NCBI GenBank assembly: GCA_036172245.1
Contig: JAYWIR010000007.1
Location: forward strand, 1,674,001-1,738,000
Origin: Raillietiella orientalis
Taxonomy: Eukaryota
Direction of reading: 5' to 3'
DNA length: 64,000 nt
In this document: positions 40,320-53,400 of the stretch, piece after piece
Layout: every line of letters starts with the position of its first letter
Numbering within the stretch: position 1 is the first letter of the stretch
Translations under genes and position numbers: made by a program
Notes under the pieces: generated by a model
What the model saw: the letters and a program-made list of their open reading frames with translations, nothing else
Told to the model about the DNA's origin: nothing
Database searches by the model: none

Positions 40320-41800
40320 TGGTGGGGTGGCCTGCTCGGTGTATCCCCTGAAGAACCCGCGGCCCCTTCCCTGTGCGGGCACCTCTGTGTTCCCTCTCCG
40401 ATGGAAACGAAACGTACGCTATTTCTGCGCTAGGATCCCGGTTCTAGACACCTGGCTCCCGGGGGAGTCGCCTCCCAGAACTGTTCCAGGTGCGGAGAGG
40501 TGGAAACCTTCTCGCACCTCCTTCCTGCTAGACTGCGGTGCCCTGGAAGACGTGGCGGAGACTCCCTTCGGCGCTACGCCACCCGGAAGACCTCCCCCCG
40601 ACTTCAGACTTGCTGCGGACGCTTCTTAATGCGAGGCGGGCTGGTCGCGGACGCTGTGATTTCACACCCGGGTGCGCCGAGGCGTTTATTCCTCTTGCAG
40701 GAATCGATGGAGCCAAAAGACTCACCGATTCCAATTATTACATTAGAAAAAAAGAGGGGGAGCCGGCGAGGTCCATCACGTACACGAAGGGGAAGGGGGA
40801 TGAAACAAAATTCCAACAAAAGGAAAACAAACTATAACAACCAATGAATATGAACAAAACAACAGCAACAAACAAAAACAAGAATAATTGGGGGGAGGGA
40901 AGGGATCACATTTCGTGGTGGGTGAGGCCTCTGCATCCGTTGAAGGATGCCGGCGAGCTTCTCCTTCTTCCCCTCCAGGTGGGACCACCTCGAAGCTATC
41001 TGCAGGAAGCGCATGCCCCCCCGTCTCTCTGGTCTCCCTCGGCGTCGCACTTCGCCACGACGACACCGCGAACGCAGCACAGCGCTGCGATTGCGGCTGC
41101 AGGAGTCATGGCGTCCCGCATGACTCCTGCAGTCGGGGTCTTAAAGAGTCTCCGGGATCGTCCACGGGGTGTGGAAGGGACGCAAAGAAACGTTCCCACA
41201 TGTCCCGGAAGGCGACGCACTGCACTATGAGGTGGGGAAAGGTCTCCTCCTCCCCGCACCTATCACAGTTTGGCGATGCGCTTCCCCTCGTCCAGTGGCG
41301 CCGTGATTTCACACCCGGGTGGGGTCGTTTATTTCTCTTAAAGGAATCAATGAAGCCAAAAGGCTCATCGGTGCACCGTGATCGCAACGAGATGCTGCAT
41401 CCGCAGCCATGGTGACAGTCCGCCACGTGTTGGAGTCTCGTTAGCGGTGAAGGGAGGCAGCCGCCTTGATGAGGACGGCTGCAAGGTGGCCTCGTCCACC
41501 AGAAGAGATTATCCGTGAGATGGCCACATACGCAGCCGCTTCCGGAAAGAAAGGACGGTCCCCTGTCCCCACCCTCCAGTTTCTTTGTATTTATTTATTT
41601 ATTGTCTCCTCCCTCCGTTTCCTAATTTTTCAGAAGCCGGCTTGAATGCGAGTGCTCTTCCCCAATGAACTTTTTTTGGGCACGTTTTTGTATTTGAGGG
41701 ACACCCCCCTCCCCTCCCCCTCTGACTTGGTTTTTCTTTTTCTCTTCTAAAATGAACATCCCGACGTGATTGGGAGCAAATCTTCGCATCCCATTTCCTG
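40320..41800. mobile_element. Cluster of nested LINE 3' ends: + 40320-40655, - 40656-41300, - 41301-41370, + 41375-41800
   Basis: SVFPLRWK and LLDCGAL on +, as in ORF 5283. HWTRGSASPNCDRCGEEETFPHLIVQC on -. Terminal motifs at 40667-40690 (-), 41314-41333 (-, partial) and 41751-41775 (+). Confidence 0.8.
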
Positions 41801-42003
41801 CGTATATATATGAATATTAAATATGAATACACCGCATTTATATACATACACATGCATATATATAAATACACACGAATGTGTGAATATAAATACATACATA
41901 AATATAAATGTGTATATAAATGGGCGCGCACGCACGCACGCACACACACAGACACATACACAGATATAGATAGGTAGATCACACAGATATAGATATGTTT
42001 CTT

Positions 42004-42035
<32 letters not shown>

Positions 42036-42125
42036 AGTGCTTACATATTCATATATAAAGAAATGGAAATACATTCGTTAATATATATGTATTTATATAC
42101 ACACGTAAATATATACATTTTTTCT
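41800..42125. repeat. AT-rich (TA)n/(CA)n microsatellite block
   Basis: Directly visible, including a pure (TA)n run at ~42004-42030. Confidence 0.9.
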
Positions 42126-42129
42126 ATAA

Positions 42130-45100
42130 AAAAAAATTATGGTTCGGAATTTCGGTGTTCGGGAGTTTGACCCTCCAAACGGTCACCTCAGGAGAGAACT
42201 CTGCTGGTGCTGAGAGAGCGTTTCCAGGGACCCTTTTGTCCCCGGCAGCGTTTTCGCAGATGCTGCTGGCTAAGGGGATGGTAGGTTCCCTGTGCTTTGT
42301 CCTTGCCGCGCCCTCGTGGCATTTCGAAGAGCCAGCTCGAGACAAACGGGGGAGGAGTCCTCAGCAGCGCGCCACAATGGGCGCAGACCGACGTGCACGT
42401 CCGCATCGTCGTCCCGCGCTCGGCGAGGGTCCCTTAGGCTCGCATGCGGCAACTGACCGTCCGGCACCGGACCCCGGCATCGGCAGCGGGGAGTCTTCTC
42501 GAAGAACGGTGCACCGAGCCGTCCGCTGGATCGAGCGCCACAAGCGCTCTCTCCGAGCTACCTCGGACGTTCCAGAGATGGCGCCACCGGGCTGCGCTGT
42601 GAAGGCGGCGGCGGTTGCGGCACGCACAGGATGAGTGTGAGGGGCGAGTGACTCGAGCGCGGTGCTCCCGACAGGACGGAGCTGCCTACCTGTCGTTTCC
42701 AAGGGGCCGCTGGCGCAGAGTGGGGACGCGTGCCGAGCTCTCCGATGCGAACCGCACGCTTCCCCCGGAGTGCGTGCGCGCTCACGTTCGGCCTCTCACG
42801 TGACTTTACGCGCCGTCGCCCATTCCCATTCCAGGAGCGATTCTCCGCACGATTCCAATCTTCGACTGCGACCGACCTCTGCATGGGGTTTACGGGACGA
42901 TCCTCGCGGAGTGAGCTGCGTTTTCCCACGATGCACTCCCCCCCCCCCCTTTTTTTCTTCCCCCTCTTCCCTTTTTCCTTCCCTTGGATGGCCTCGGAAG
43001 GAGGGATGCGGCGCCTTGCGGTGCGTCCTCACAGTCGCCATCCACTCGTTCGATCCGCCCCAGGAGCGCGCCTTTCCTCTAGCCGCGCCCGGGAGAGTCC
43101 CTTCCTCCTTCCCGGAGTCCCCTCTGGCCTCCAGGAGCCTCCCCGAGCTGCTCCTCCGTCGGTACGGAGGCGGGGGAGAATCTCCGAGCCGCTCCCGTGC
43201 AACTCTTCCGTCCGGCCTCCGCACCCCCGTCGTCCGGGACGCGAAGTTTCTGGAGGAGACCTCCGACGGGTCGGTCCGAGAGAGGTCGCAGCACAGCCAG
43301 GCGGGTCCTCCGTCGCTCGGAGGAACGCGATGCCGGCGATTCCGCAGAGACACCCGCCCGAGGAGTCGTCGGAAGGGAAGTGGTCCAGCGCAGCAGCCTC
43401 TGAGAAGTCTTCCGGCCAGCAGCGGCACCATAAAAAGGTTCCGGAAGTGTAGGAGGGGCGAAGAAAGGTGGGGGCGGAGGATCCGGGATCCCGGCAGGAG
43501 GGTGGCAATGCTGACCTCTTTGCGGAGGCGGCCCCGCGAGAGCTCGGTGTCCCCTAGGGGGCATGGAGGCGGGAAAACTCCTACGGGTGCAGATCCAGTC
43601 GCAGATCGATCCCTTCGCTCCGGAGGAGCAAGGGACTTCCGCTCGTCCCGTTCCCGTAGCGCGCGTTCTCCGGGATCTCGGCGATTGCCATTGGCTGGCG
43701 GTAGCGGACCCTCCCAGAAGAACTTGCCATGCCTTCGTGTTCATCCTGGAGGGGGAGGGGGGCGCGTCCGGCTCTCACGAATGACCGGAATATGTCTCCA
43801 GGGAAGGGCGGGCCACGATCTGTCCCGCCGAGAGAGAGTCTGCTTCCACTGTGGGTTGCTTGGATACCGCCGGGGCGTCATAATTGGGTGATGCGTGGTT
43901 TGGGATGACCAACCTCACGAAGTTTCTGCTGATAGGGCTCGCTGCACGGACCACCGCAAGCCCCAGGCTCTCTGGAATAAGGGAAAGGAGACGGAGCCTC
44001 CCCTTTCTCCTGGATACGGGAGACGGCGGGGAGAGGGATAAGGGGAGAGTGAAAGGGAATCTGAGAAAGTCACAGTTCCAGTCTCGGAAGTGATTAAAAA
44101 TCGCCGAGACTCCAGAGCTAGAAGTCCCTTCCCCTCTCCCGCTCTCTCTTTTACCCTGTGAGGAGGAAAGAGGGACGAGCGCTCCTTTTCCCTCTCCACT
44201 TCATTCCCGGGATCTGGGCTCTGCCATGTCCAGCTTCCTCCCGGAGGGCATCTGCCGGAAAGGTTCCCCCGCTCGGCCCGTGGAACCCTGCCTCCTTTCA
44301 GATGCCTCCTGCGCCTTCCCGAAACACCCGGGAACCCCTGGGGTTCAGCCTCTGAGATGACTTGCCTCTCTGCCCTCTGGGATGACTCACCCCAGCTGCA
44401 GCAGCACAGGGAGCGGAAGGGTGTGTGGGGGTGGATAGGGGCAGGTGCGTGCCCAATAGGGGCCTCCTTTCCTCCTCCTACCCCCTTCCCCATTCCTCCC
44501 TAGAGACGCCCATTCCGTTCACCCTCCTCCTCTGCCCAGTTCGCTCCCTGAGTGTCGAACCTGGGAAGGACTTCGCGCACACCGCCCGCGCTGTCTTCTC
44601 CCATGAGGTTCTGTCAGGGAAGACTTCCGCCTAGCAGGAGACTCGCTCTCGACCCCTGCGGAGCCCCCTTTTCTTTACCCTTTCCTCCCCAAGCCAATTG
44701 GATTGAACTCCATTTGGGAACGGGACTTGAGGTCCGCGCCCCCGGGGCAGGAAAAAGCGCTCTGGGGGATTTTCGACCCGAGGCATGCGAAGAGATGTCT
44801 TTCAGCGACTCCTTGGTGTCTCTGGGAGTTCCTCTGTGACCACACAGCAACTCCCTCTCGAAGGACGAGCATCCCTCACTCCACCCCCACCTTCTCAGCA
44901 GGGCAGCTGCCGGCTCTGGTGGTCCCTCCCTTAGAAGGTAGCATCCTGCGGGTGTGCGTGGGGCGAAGCGTCCCGACCAGTTCGACGGCTGCCTCGGCGT
45001 CATAGGAACTCGCGTTGGGCTGAGAGCGCCTCGGAGCATCGGCAGGGGGCGTCCACCGCGCCTGCCGACGTGCCAAGGCCTCCGCCTCCCCCTCTGAGTG

Positions 45101-45500
45101 CAGGCAGGGAAGGGGAAGACTCGTAAGAGTCGCTGAAGGGGAGCGAAAGTGGCCAGAGGGAAAGCTCTGGAGCGGTACCTCCCTCCCTGAGGCCCCTCGG
45201 TTAGCCGGTGCCGCCCACCCCCCCTTCCCACCCATGGAAGCCGACAGATCTCTCTTCTGTCCTCTCCCTGCTGCCGACGAGAGGGATGCGGGGAATCGCG
45301 CGCTCTCCCGGGGATGCTTCCAAGACCTCCCCCTCACCCTGAAAAGGTGGGGGAATCCTCCTTCTGCCGTTGTCCGGACGCCCTCCAAGATGTTTCCTCG
45401 GGAAGAACGAGGAAAAAGGAGAGGATGCGGGATAGCGCCCCTTTCTCTGGACCATTCCCCTGGAGGCCGGCCGTGGAGGTCGGTCGAAGAAGGACGGACA
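42130..45500 (+). mobile_element. Degenerate, internally deleted L1/Tx1-like element: UTR, ORF1 zinc knuckle, RT remnants
   Basis: RVCFHCGLLGY at ~43835-43867 resembles a gag-type zinc knuckle. PGQEKALW at ~44742-44765 resembles LDQEKAFD. Many stops and frameshifts; boundaries are approximate. Confidence 0.55.
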
Positions 45501-46533
45501 GACCGCCTGGGGGGCGGCTGGCGAGCAAAGTCCTCCCGCAAGGAGCGTCGCCGCTCCTCCTCCCCAGCTCCTCTGGGACGCAACCCGCTCCGCCCCATCC
45601 CCGCAGCTTCCGAGCTGGGAGTCGCTCCGGCCAGTACCAGGAAGGCGCCGGGTGGGAGGCGTTGCTATTGGCTGCCGTCCTCGTCCGCTTGCTTGCTGCC
45701 TCGCCGTCTCCCTGGGAGCCGAACGCATTCGCCGGGAGGACTCTTCGCGTTCGTCGGGACCCATTGCACCGCTCTGTCCAGGTAAAAAAAAAAAAAAAAA
45801 AAAAAAAGCAAAGGCACGCACTCAGGCACGCAGGCACGCATTCACGCACACGCGCCTCACTCTCTCGAAGGAAAGCCTTCCGGGGAGAAGAAGGGGGAAG
45901 AAGGGGGAAGAAGGGGTGTGCACTCCCCCTTCCTCCGTGCTCCTTCCTCCTGGATTCCGGGACCCCTTTTCCGATCCTCCCGGCAGGATTCGCCGCTGGG
46001 TCCGAGAGGCGGAGGGAGACTGATGGGAACAGCGAGAAGAGGCGAAGGAGCCGCTCGGAAGGCTCTCCACCCCTTCAGGGTATCCTCAGGGCGAGCGAGC
46101 GCGCACCGGCGTCCTGTCCAGGACTCCGGGGGGGGGGAGCGTCCCGGCGTCCCGGCTTCCAGGAGAAGGGAGCTGAGGATGACCTCGGCGACCCGGCTGC
46201 TGCTGCCGCCAGGGATGGCTCCCGGAGAGCGATTCCGACGGCCTATTCCTCCTCGACCACGTTGGCACTCGAAACGGCGCCCGCACGGGCGAAGGAGGTC
46301 GGCGGTCGCGTCCTTCGTACCCCCACTAAGAACCCTCGTGTCTCCCCAACCCCTTTCCTGCTCCCACGGGTTGAGGAGAAGAGAGGGTCAGGGTTCGCGG
46401 CTGGGTCCTTCTCTCGGGAAAGACAGTCCCCGCCCAGAAGGGGTGGTGGTGGAGGATGTCGGGGACATTCCTGCCCTCACCGACTTCCCCGCTCCTTCCT
46501 TCCTGGATGCGACCTCCTCACCTCCTCCTTCCC

Positions 46534-46640
46534 ACAGAGGCCTCCCGGGGCTGCCACGGCAACCCCGAAGGTCGCCCCGAGCCCGGTGAGGCGCCTCTGT
46601 CTGGGCGGAGGCGTTCGCGGCCTAAAAGGCTTGGCCCATG
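46534..46640 (+). repeat. ~105 bp repeat, copy 1 (copy 2 at 48450-48555)
   Basis: The last 38 nt are identical (GGGCGGAGGCGTTCGCGGCCTAAAAGGCTTGGCCCATG); the upstream part is diverged. Confidence 0.9.
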
Positions 46641-48449
46641 AAGACTGCACGGGTGGATGGAGATGTCCTTCCCTTCCTCCTCTCCTGCTGGAAGGAATGC
46701 CTCTCCCTTCTTTCTCCGCTTCCCATTGTCTTACGGCACAGCCCCTCGACCCACGCGTCCCACACCCTCCTGCCTGCCGTAGCTGCAAATACGAGAACTT
46801 CCTTCCTCCCTTGACATCCATCGCATTCCTCCTCATCCGGAAGTCTCTTGACCTCCGGCAGGACAGCTCCCCTCCCCATCGGACCGCGCCGGAACGCATC
46901 CGACCTTCCCTCCGGCGACCCGGAGTCGAGGAGGCGCCAGCTCTTTAGAGGCGGAAGAGAGGGGTCATCTCGAAGGCACACGTTTCTACCCCTCCCCCCC
47001 TCCCCCCACGGAGGGAGTCCGCAGGTAAGGGGGGGAGGCTCCCGGTCCTTTATAAATGGAACGTCTCTCTCGCGGGGTGAGGGTGGGGCACCTCCCACGC
47101 CTTCTGACTCCGCTCCTGCCCCAGCTCCCGTCTTGCCGGAGAGGCAGACGGTTTCGCTTCCCGGAGTCGGTCACCGGACGATAGGAGGCGCGCTCCTGAC
47201 CACAACGCCGCTAGGGGCGGGGAGTCGTCTTCTCGGGAATCCCGTGGGTGGGGCTGACCTTCCCTCTTTGAGGGACCGACCGCGACGGGAGAGCGGCTCA
47301 GCAGTCGCAGCTCCCGGAATTCCCTTCTTTCCAATCCCCGAGACCTTCCCCTTTCCCGAAGACCGGATCTGGACTGTGGAGGGAGGCAAGCAGGAGGACG
47401 GGGAGTCAACCCCAACCGTCTGCCGGGGGTCTCATGGGATTCCCCAGCTGATGTCGCCACCGAAGATGGGAAGCGCAGGGGACCATCGGCTGGAGCAGTT
47501 GCTCCTGCGGAAGCGATGGGTCGTCCCTGCGCCGCCGTCGACCCGACCTCGCCTCGGGATGAAGTTCCCTCGGCGCGCCTCGGCGGTCCCCCTCGGCTGG
47601 GTCGACTGGGCACAAGCAGACGAAGCCCATGGCCATCGGCGGCCATCGCGCCCGGCAAAGGTCAGGGATAAAATCCTCCTCCTCTCCTTCCTCCCACCCC
47701 ACCTCTTCGGAAGGCCTCCGCGGCGCCGGGGCTGAACAACGCCCATTTGCGGCCCCCACGCTACCTTCGTTCGGCCCGTTCCGGGTCCTTGCCCCCCATC
47801 CCTTTTCCCTCCCCGTCCCCTCCCGTCTGCGAACGAGCACATCGATCCCTGTCGGAAGCGCAACGCCCGGTTTCCCCTCTCCCCCGTCCCCATCTGATAA
47901 TGGCGCGGATTTCCGGGCCAGCAGCTCGGGCGAACGTCCCTCGCGCCGGCTGCCCGCACGCGAAGCCTTGCGCGGCGACGAACGACAGGCGCGCGCCCGG
48001 GGGCGGTGGCGGCGTGCTCGATGGGATGTGAGCGGGAAGGGAGCGGTTGGAGGCCGGGGGGGCGTCGATCGGCGGCGGTGGCGCTTCCAGTGTGGGATCA
48101 GAACATCCCTCCTTCCTGCTGAGGGGTGAACCCTCCCGCCTACCGAACGGTCCCGCGGTCTCTCTCCGGGAACGAGGAGGAGTCGTGGGGCCGAAGCCTT
48201 GGGGCAGCCGGAAGCTTCGCACTGTGGGGATCCGGCGAGCGTTCGGGACGGCGGCGGAAGGAGGAGGTCGTTGCCCCCGTGTCCCCCGGGAATGCACGGA
48301 TGAGCGGCCGCCTTCCCTGCCGGGGCGGGAGCTCTGGCTTGGAGGACGCGACCCGCCGGAAACGACCTTCCGGCGCGGAAGAGGCTGCGAAAGGCGTCCG
48401 GCGCGCCGGGCCTCTTGAGAGCCAAGGTTGTGGCTTCATCCTCCTTCCC

Positions 48450-48555
48450 CCAGAGGCTTCCTGGCGCTGCCATGGCATCCCGAAGGTAGTCCCGACCCCG
48501 GTATGGAGCCTCCGTCCGGGCGGAGGCGTTCGCGGCCTAAAAGGCTTGGCCCATG
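48450..48555 (+). repeat. ~105 bp repeat, copy 2
   Basis: Direct copy of 46534-46640. Confidence 0.9.
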
Positions 48556-48569
48556 GGGATTAACAGGGG

Positions 48570-50450
48570 CGGGCGAAGATGTCGTGCCTGGAAGGAATCC
48601 TTCCCTCTTCCCCCGAAAAAAGGACCTTGTGGTATGCCGCGACCTCCCTTGGGGTCTTCAGGAAGTCTCGATTTCCATTCGCTTTCAGACCTTGGAAGCT
48701 CCCATCCTGCCTTCTCGCTCCCTCACCCTCCTCTTCAGCCTTTCTCTTCCCTGGACCACTTGAGACTCGATCTCTCCCTTCATCTTGCTCAATTCTTCTT
48801 CAGGAGAGGGCCGCCGTCAAGAAGGCAGCTGCCACTCTCCCCCTGTATGTTCACCTGGAAGGAAGGGCTTACTCGGTCCCTTCCGCTTGCGAACCGCAAG
48901 AGCTCTAAGTACCTGCGACTGATCAAGCGAGGTCATCCTCCCTCCCAGACTCTGCTCCCCTTCCTTTCTTTCTTTCTAAGCATCCTCCAGGAACGCTCCC
49001 TTCTTTCTTTCCCCTGCCATCCCAGGGAACGAAGTCGGTTGCCATGGAGTCGCTGCTCCTCCCCTCGCCCTGCGCTCTCGGGTCGCGGCAGCGTGTGCCA
49101 GCTTCACACCTCCTCCGTCTCCCCCTTCCCGCGTCCTTCCACCAACCTCCGCTGGTCCTTCTGTAACCGGACGTTCCCCCCGCGTCCGGTCGGGGTCCAG
49201 CGCCTGCACGCCCTGCCACCCACCACAGCAGGGCGCCGCCTGCAGGCGATAATTTGGCCACAGGACGGGAGGAAATGGAAGGAAGACGGGGGGGCAGTCA
49301 GGGGCTCTGTGAGCGGCAGTCAGGGAGCGAAAGACTTTTTCAGCGGCGGCTGGTCCTCTCCGCCCCTGCTTTCTGGAAGATGTGGCAGGCAGATGTGGAG
49401 ACGAGAAGGAAGGGGAGCCCAGAATCCGCGCGGAAGAGCCCGAGCTCCGTGGGGGTGAGAGAAAGCAGCGTGCCCAGAAGGTCATGGGGCTGGAGGGTTT
49501 CCTCATGTGAAGTCGTCGAAAGTGCATCGAAGAGCAACTGCCAGAAGGAACATGGAGCGACCGTCCGTGGTCCTCTGAACTAGGGGAGACAGGGGGCAGC
49601 GACAGGAATGAAACGAAGGGACGAGGGCTGCAGCCTGGTCAGTGGGTCGCCCTCTGATTCCCGGAGATCGGTCCTCGCGATCTCTCCGACTGACCACCTC
49701 CTGATGTGCCTGGATCTCCTCCCTCCCCCCAGCTGTTGGGACCGAGCGAGGGCCAGGTCGAGCGTGACCTTGGCGCAGTGCACGGTACTCCTCGCTCTTG
49801 ACGCCCACAGGAGTGCGCGATCTTCCCCTTTCTCCGCCGCACGAGGAGGCCCGTCTGGAGGGTCGGTCGGTCAAGAGGGTTGACGGCCTCTAGGTGATGG
49901 TGGTGGTCAGGAGAATCTCCGCACAGGGCTGCATCACCCAGGAGCTCCTTCCTCCCCCTCTCCCTCCTGCCCTGGAGCGCGCGCGCTCACACTTTGGGCG
50001 AGAGGTTCCCTGCCCTCCTCCCCCGCCCTTTGAGCCGACCCCCGCCTTCGCTCTCCTAGCTTCCCCCATCCCGCGGGGGAGACCTCTCTCCTGGGGCTCG
50101 GCCACAGCTCTTCTCCATGGCAGCCGCCGCCTCCCGTCCGCTCTCGGGGGTCGCCCCCTCCTCACGGAAGGACGCGACTGGCGAGGGCAGCTGCGGCAGA
50201 GATGCGCCCTATCCTCCTCCGGATCCCCTTCCCTTCTTTCTCCGTCGTTCATGTACACGGCGCCTATTGTCCGGATTTTCCGTCGCCTTGATCCCGGTCT
50301 TTCGGGAGGAGTCCCCAATCTTGACAGCGGTGCTTCCGGGTTCGACTGCGCTCTGACTCCACCTGGAGGCGGGAAAGGTGGGGGGAGAGAGGAGAGCGTG
50401 GTGCAAGCGGGACCCGCCGGTCGCTCTAGGCCGACCCGCGTGATCAACGA
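48570..50450 (-). mobile_element. Possible degenerate LINE endonuclease/linker fragment
   Basis: IRTIGAVYMNDGERR weakly resembles the APE-type xNVYAPN motif, and the composition matches other copies. Confidence 0.35.
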
Positions 50451-53400
50451 TCAGGGAGGAGATGGCAGAGGGCACTCGTAGGGTGAGGTGGAGCTAGACG
50501 GACGACCCACAGTCGCGTGCCCTCGGGCCGGCCGGTCCCCCGTCTTGGTCTCTTTGCTCTCACCGAAGTAGGAGGATGCGTGGGCGATGCAGAGGAACAT
50601 GGGAAAGGCGGGTCGCGCGTGCGCTAAGTCTCCGCGGCAGCGCCGGGAGCATTGCCGCTCCCACCTCCTCCTAGGTGGGCGTGGTTGTCTCTTCCAGAGG
50701 TCCGGCTCTTGCAGCATTGAGTTCCCGGAGGGCAGCACGGTCACGGGCGCGATGAAAGGTCAGGAATCGGGCGCTCTTGCACCGCTCTCTCTCTCTCTCT
50801 CACGCCTGGATCCCGCAAGGCAAGCAGGCGGGGAATGGAAAGGGATCAGGGGCCTCACGCAGCAGCTGCCCCTCGAGGGCGTGATGGACTCTCCTTCCTC
50901 TTCCGGAATCCTCCGGTCGCCTCCGTGATGACAGCAGAGCGCAGTGCGGCGCTCCCGACCCGACCGACCCTCACGAAAAGAGCTAATGCACGCGCACTGG
51001 TACATTGTACCAACAGGGGCGTCCCTGCTTCCGGCGCGGCCATGGACGTCGGAAGAGGATCTCCCAGAGGCAAGCCCAAGAGACGCTCATGTCCACCCCA
51101 GATGAATGGTCCGACTTGAGAAATGAGTCCACTCCCGGGGGTTCGATTTGCCGCTCGGGGCGCTGGCTTCCACGCGGGTTCGCGGCCCGCCTCCAGGTTC
51201 CCGGCGGGCGCTCTCTCGGGGGCGCCTCATCGGCGAAGCGCAGCTACAACCGTTCTCCCTGTAGCAGCACAAGACCGTAGGAGGGGCGACCGAGAGACGA
51301 TGGGGACGCCTCCGAGGGGAGAATTTCCCCGCTGTCGCGGTGGCATCGCCCTCTGCCCTCCTTGCAGGGATCCCTAGCTTGACCGACCCTGCTGGTTCCC
51401 CTCGGGATAGGAAAATCGCCCCTTACTTCCCCCTTTCCTCTTTATTATCCTCCGAGGGACAGAGTGGGAGGATGAGTAGCCCTCCAATCCCACCCAGCAG
51501 CGCTCCAGAGAGCTTCCCGGTTCCACGGATGGTCCCCGGGAAGTTTCGAAGGAGGCGATCAGTAGTGAACAGCCGCGCTCCCGCTCCCCTCGTCCACCTC
51601 GGGGCGAAAACGGGAACCCGGACTCCCGTTCCTAGTTTCTGCGTCCCCCTTCCCCCCTACCTTTCTTCCACCCACGAGCCGCTGCAGCCACCTGGAGCTA
51701 TTTTCCCTGGTGGATACGAGGAAGCAGGAAAAGGGGAAGTGCCCATTCCTTGTGGGTGCATTCCCGGGAGAGGGGAAGGCGAAAGCGGACCCTCGTGACT
51801 GTGCTTCCCTAGCCAGCGAAGACGCGAGCAGATGTGGGTCAGGGGAGCAGTCGGTCCAGGGATGCGGCGGCGGCACACCCTGAGCCCGACTGGACCCTTC
51901 TTCCTGACGCAGTTCCCGTAGAGTGGCCACTCGCTGCTGGACGAGATCCTCTCGCTCCACTCTCGCATGGGGCAGCAGTGCGTTCCTCGAACGACCAGCC
52001 CACTTGGTTCCTCTTTTCCTTCCTTTCACGCACCCGCCCTCCTCCTCACGTTGCTCGGGAACCCATTTGTATTCAGAAAATGCCCTCGGGGATATCACGG
52101 AGCCATGCCGCGTCGCCTTGCGAGAGGCAGGAGGCCAGCAGGCGTCCCTTTCTTGTACCGGGGGCGAAATCCGAATCTCAGGGATGCCCCTGAGCGACTC
52201 CCCTTCGCACTCACCAACCTTCCGAGGTGTTGTCGGGTTCCTCGGACCGCCCCATTCTTTTCTGTTCCCTTCTGACGCCGGTGCTGCGAGTCCCGATCAC
52301 GCAGCTGCCCGATCCGGGGACCTCCTGAGGACCGGTGACCTCTGGGAGGCAGAAAGCGCCTCGCTTGGCCGCTCCAGTCGGTCACTCTGGGTTGGGCTGC
52401 ATCGGACGGCTGACCGCTCTCGAGCGAGAGAACCGGGAGGAGTCGCCTCCGGCACGACTCCAGGCATAATCTCAAGAGCTGAGGGCAACCCCCCGGGCGA
52501 GCAACGCCGTTTCGGCCGAGCTGCTCTCGTTGTCGCTCTTGCCGAGACCTTTCTGCGACAAAGAGGCGAACCCCGAACGGGGGAGGAACTCTTTGGGCCG
52601 GGGCTTGACTCCGAAGCGACGACAAGCACGTGACCACGGCAACGCGGAGATGAAAGAACGCATCACACCTCCGCCCCTAGTCACCCATGGACAGACGGAC
52701 CGCGTCCGCCCTGGTGCTCGCAAGTATGGCAAGAGAAAAGAATTCCGGGGAGTTGGGAGGCCCATTCTGCTCGCTCCTGGCACGCACCTCCTCTTCGGCT
52801 CCCTGCTGCACTTCCGGAGGAACAGGCGCCGTCCGAAGGCAGGCAGCATCGCCGCCGTCAGCTCCGGGGAACGAAGGTTCTTATCGCTGTCACCGCGGAT
52901 GACCATCAGCCGAAACCGCTGCTTCCCTCCCACGAAACGGCGCGAGGAATTCCCGGTGAAGGGAAAGAAGCTCACTGCTTGTGCGAAGTTCGTAAAGCAA
53001 CAGTGGCTGATCGATTATCCGATCAATTATCATAACTACGCAGCAATCAGTCAGTCCATGTTAACTGATTATCGATCAGCAATCGATGCTGATTGGCGTT
53101 AATTAGCTCGGTGACAAAGCAACAACATCGTTCTTGACTGGACTGCGGGTTGTGTGAAACCTCGCGGAACGAGATTTCCGGAGTAAGCCAAGGCGCCACG
53201 CAACGACGTCGTCTCGTCAAAGAGGCTCCACCAGCCTTCTGAGCGATGGCGCAGACACTCACGGAGCGCCACGAAGCTCGAGCCCTCGTTCGTGCGGGCC
53301 GCCTCGTGGCGAAGCTCAGAGCGCGGGCGTTTGAATCCGGCCCGATGCGGGGTCTTCGAGTTGCGAGCTCTCCGCTTGGCGTGGGGGATGCGTTGTTGAC

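Noticed and set aside
45314..46948. Longest ORF (544 aa) and similar Arg/Pro/Ser/Gly-rich ORFs such as 42662-43891, 47406-48473 and 59189-60187
   Set aside because: Low stop frequency in GC-rich decayed repeat DNA explains them. They overlap in several frames, run through homopolymers, and have no coherent domain.
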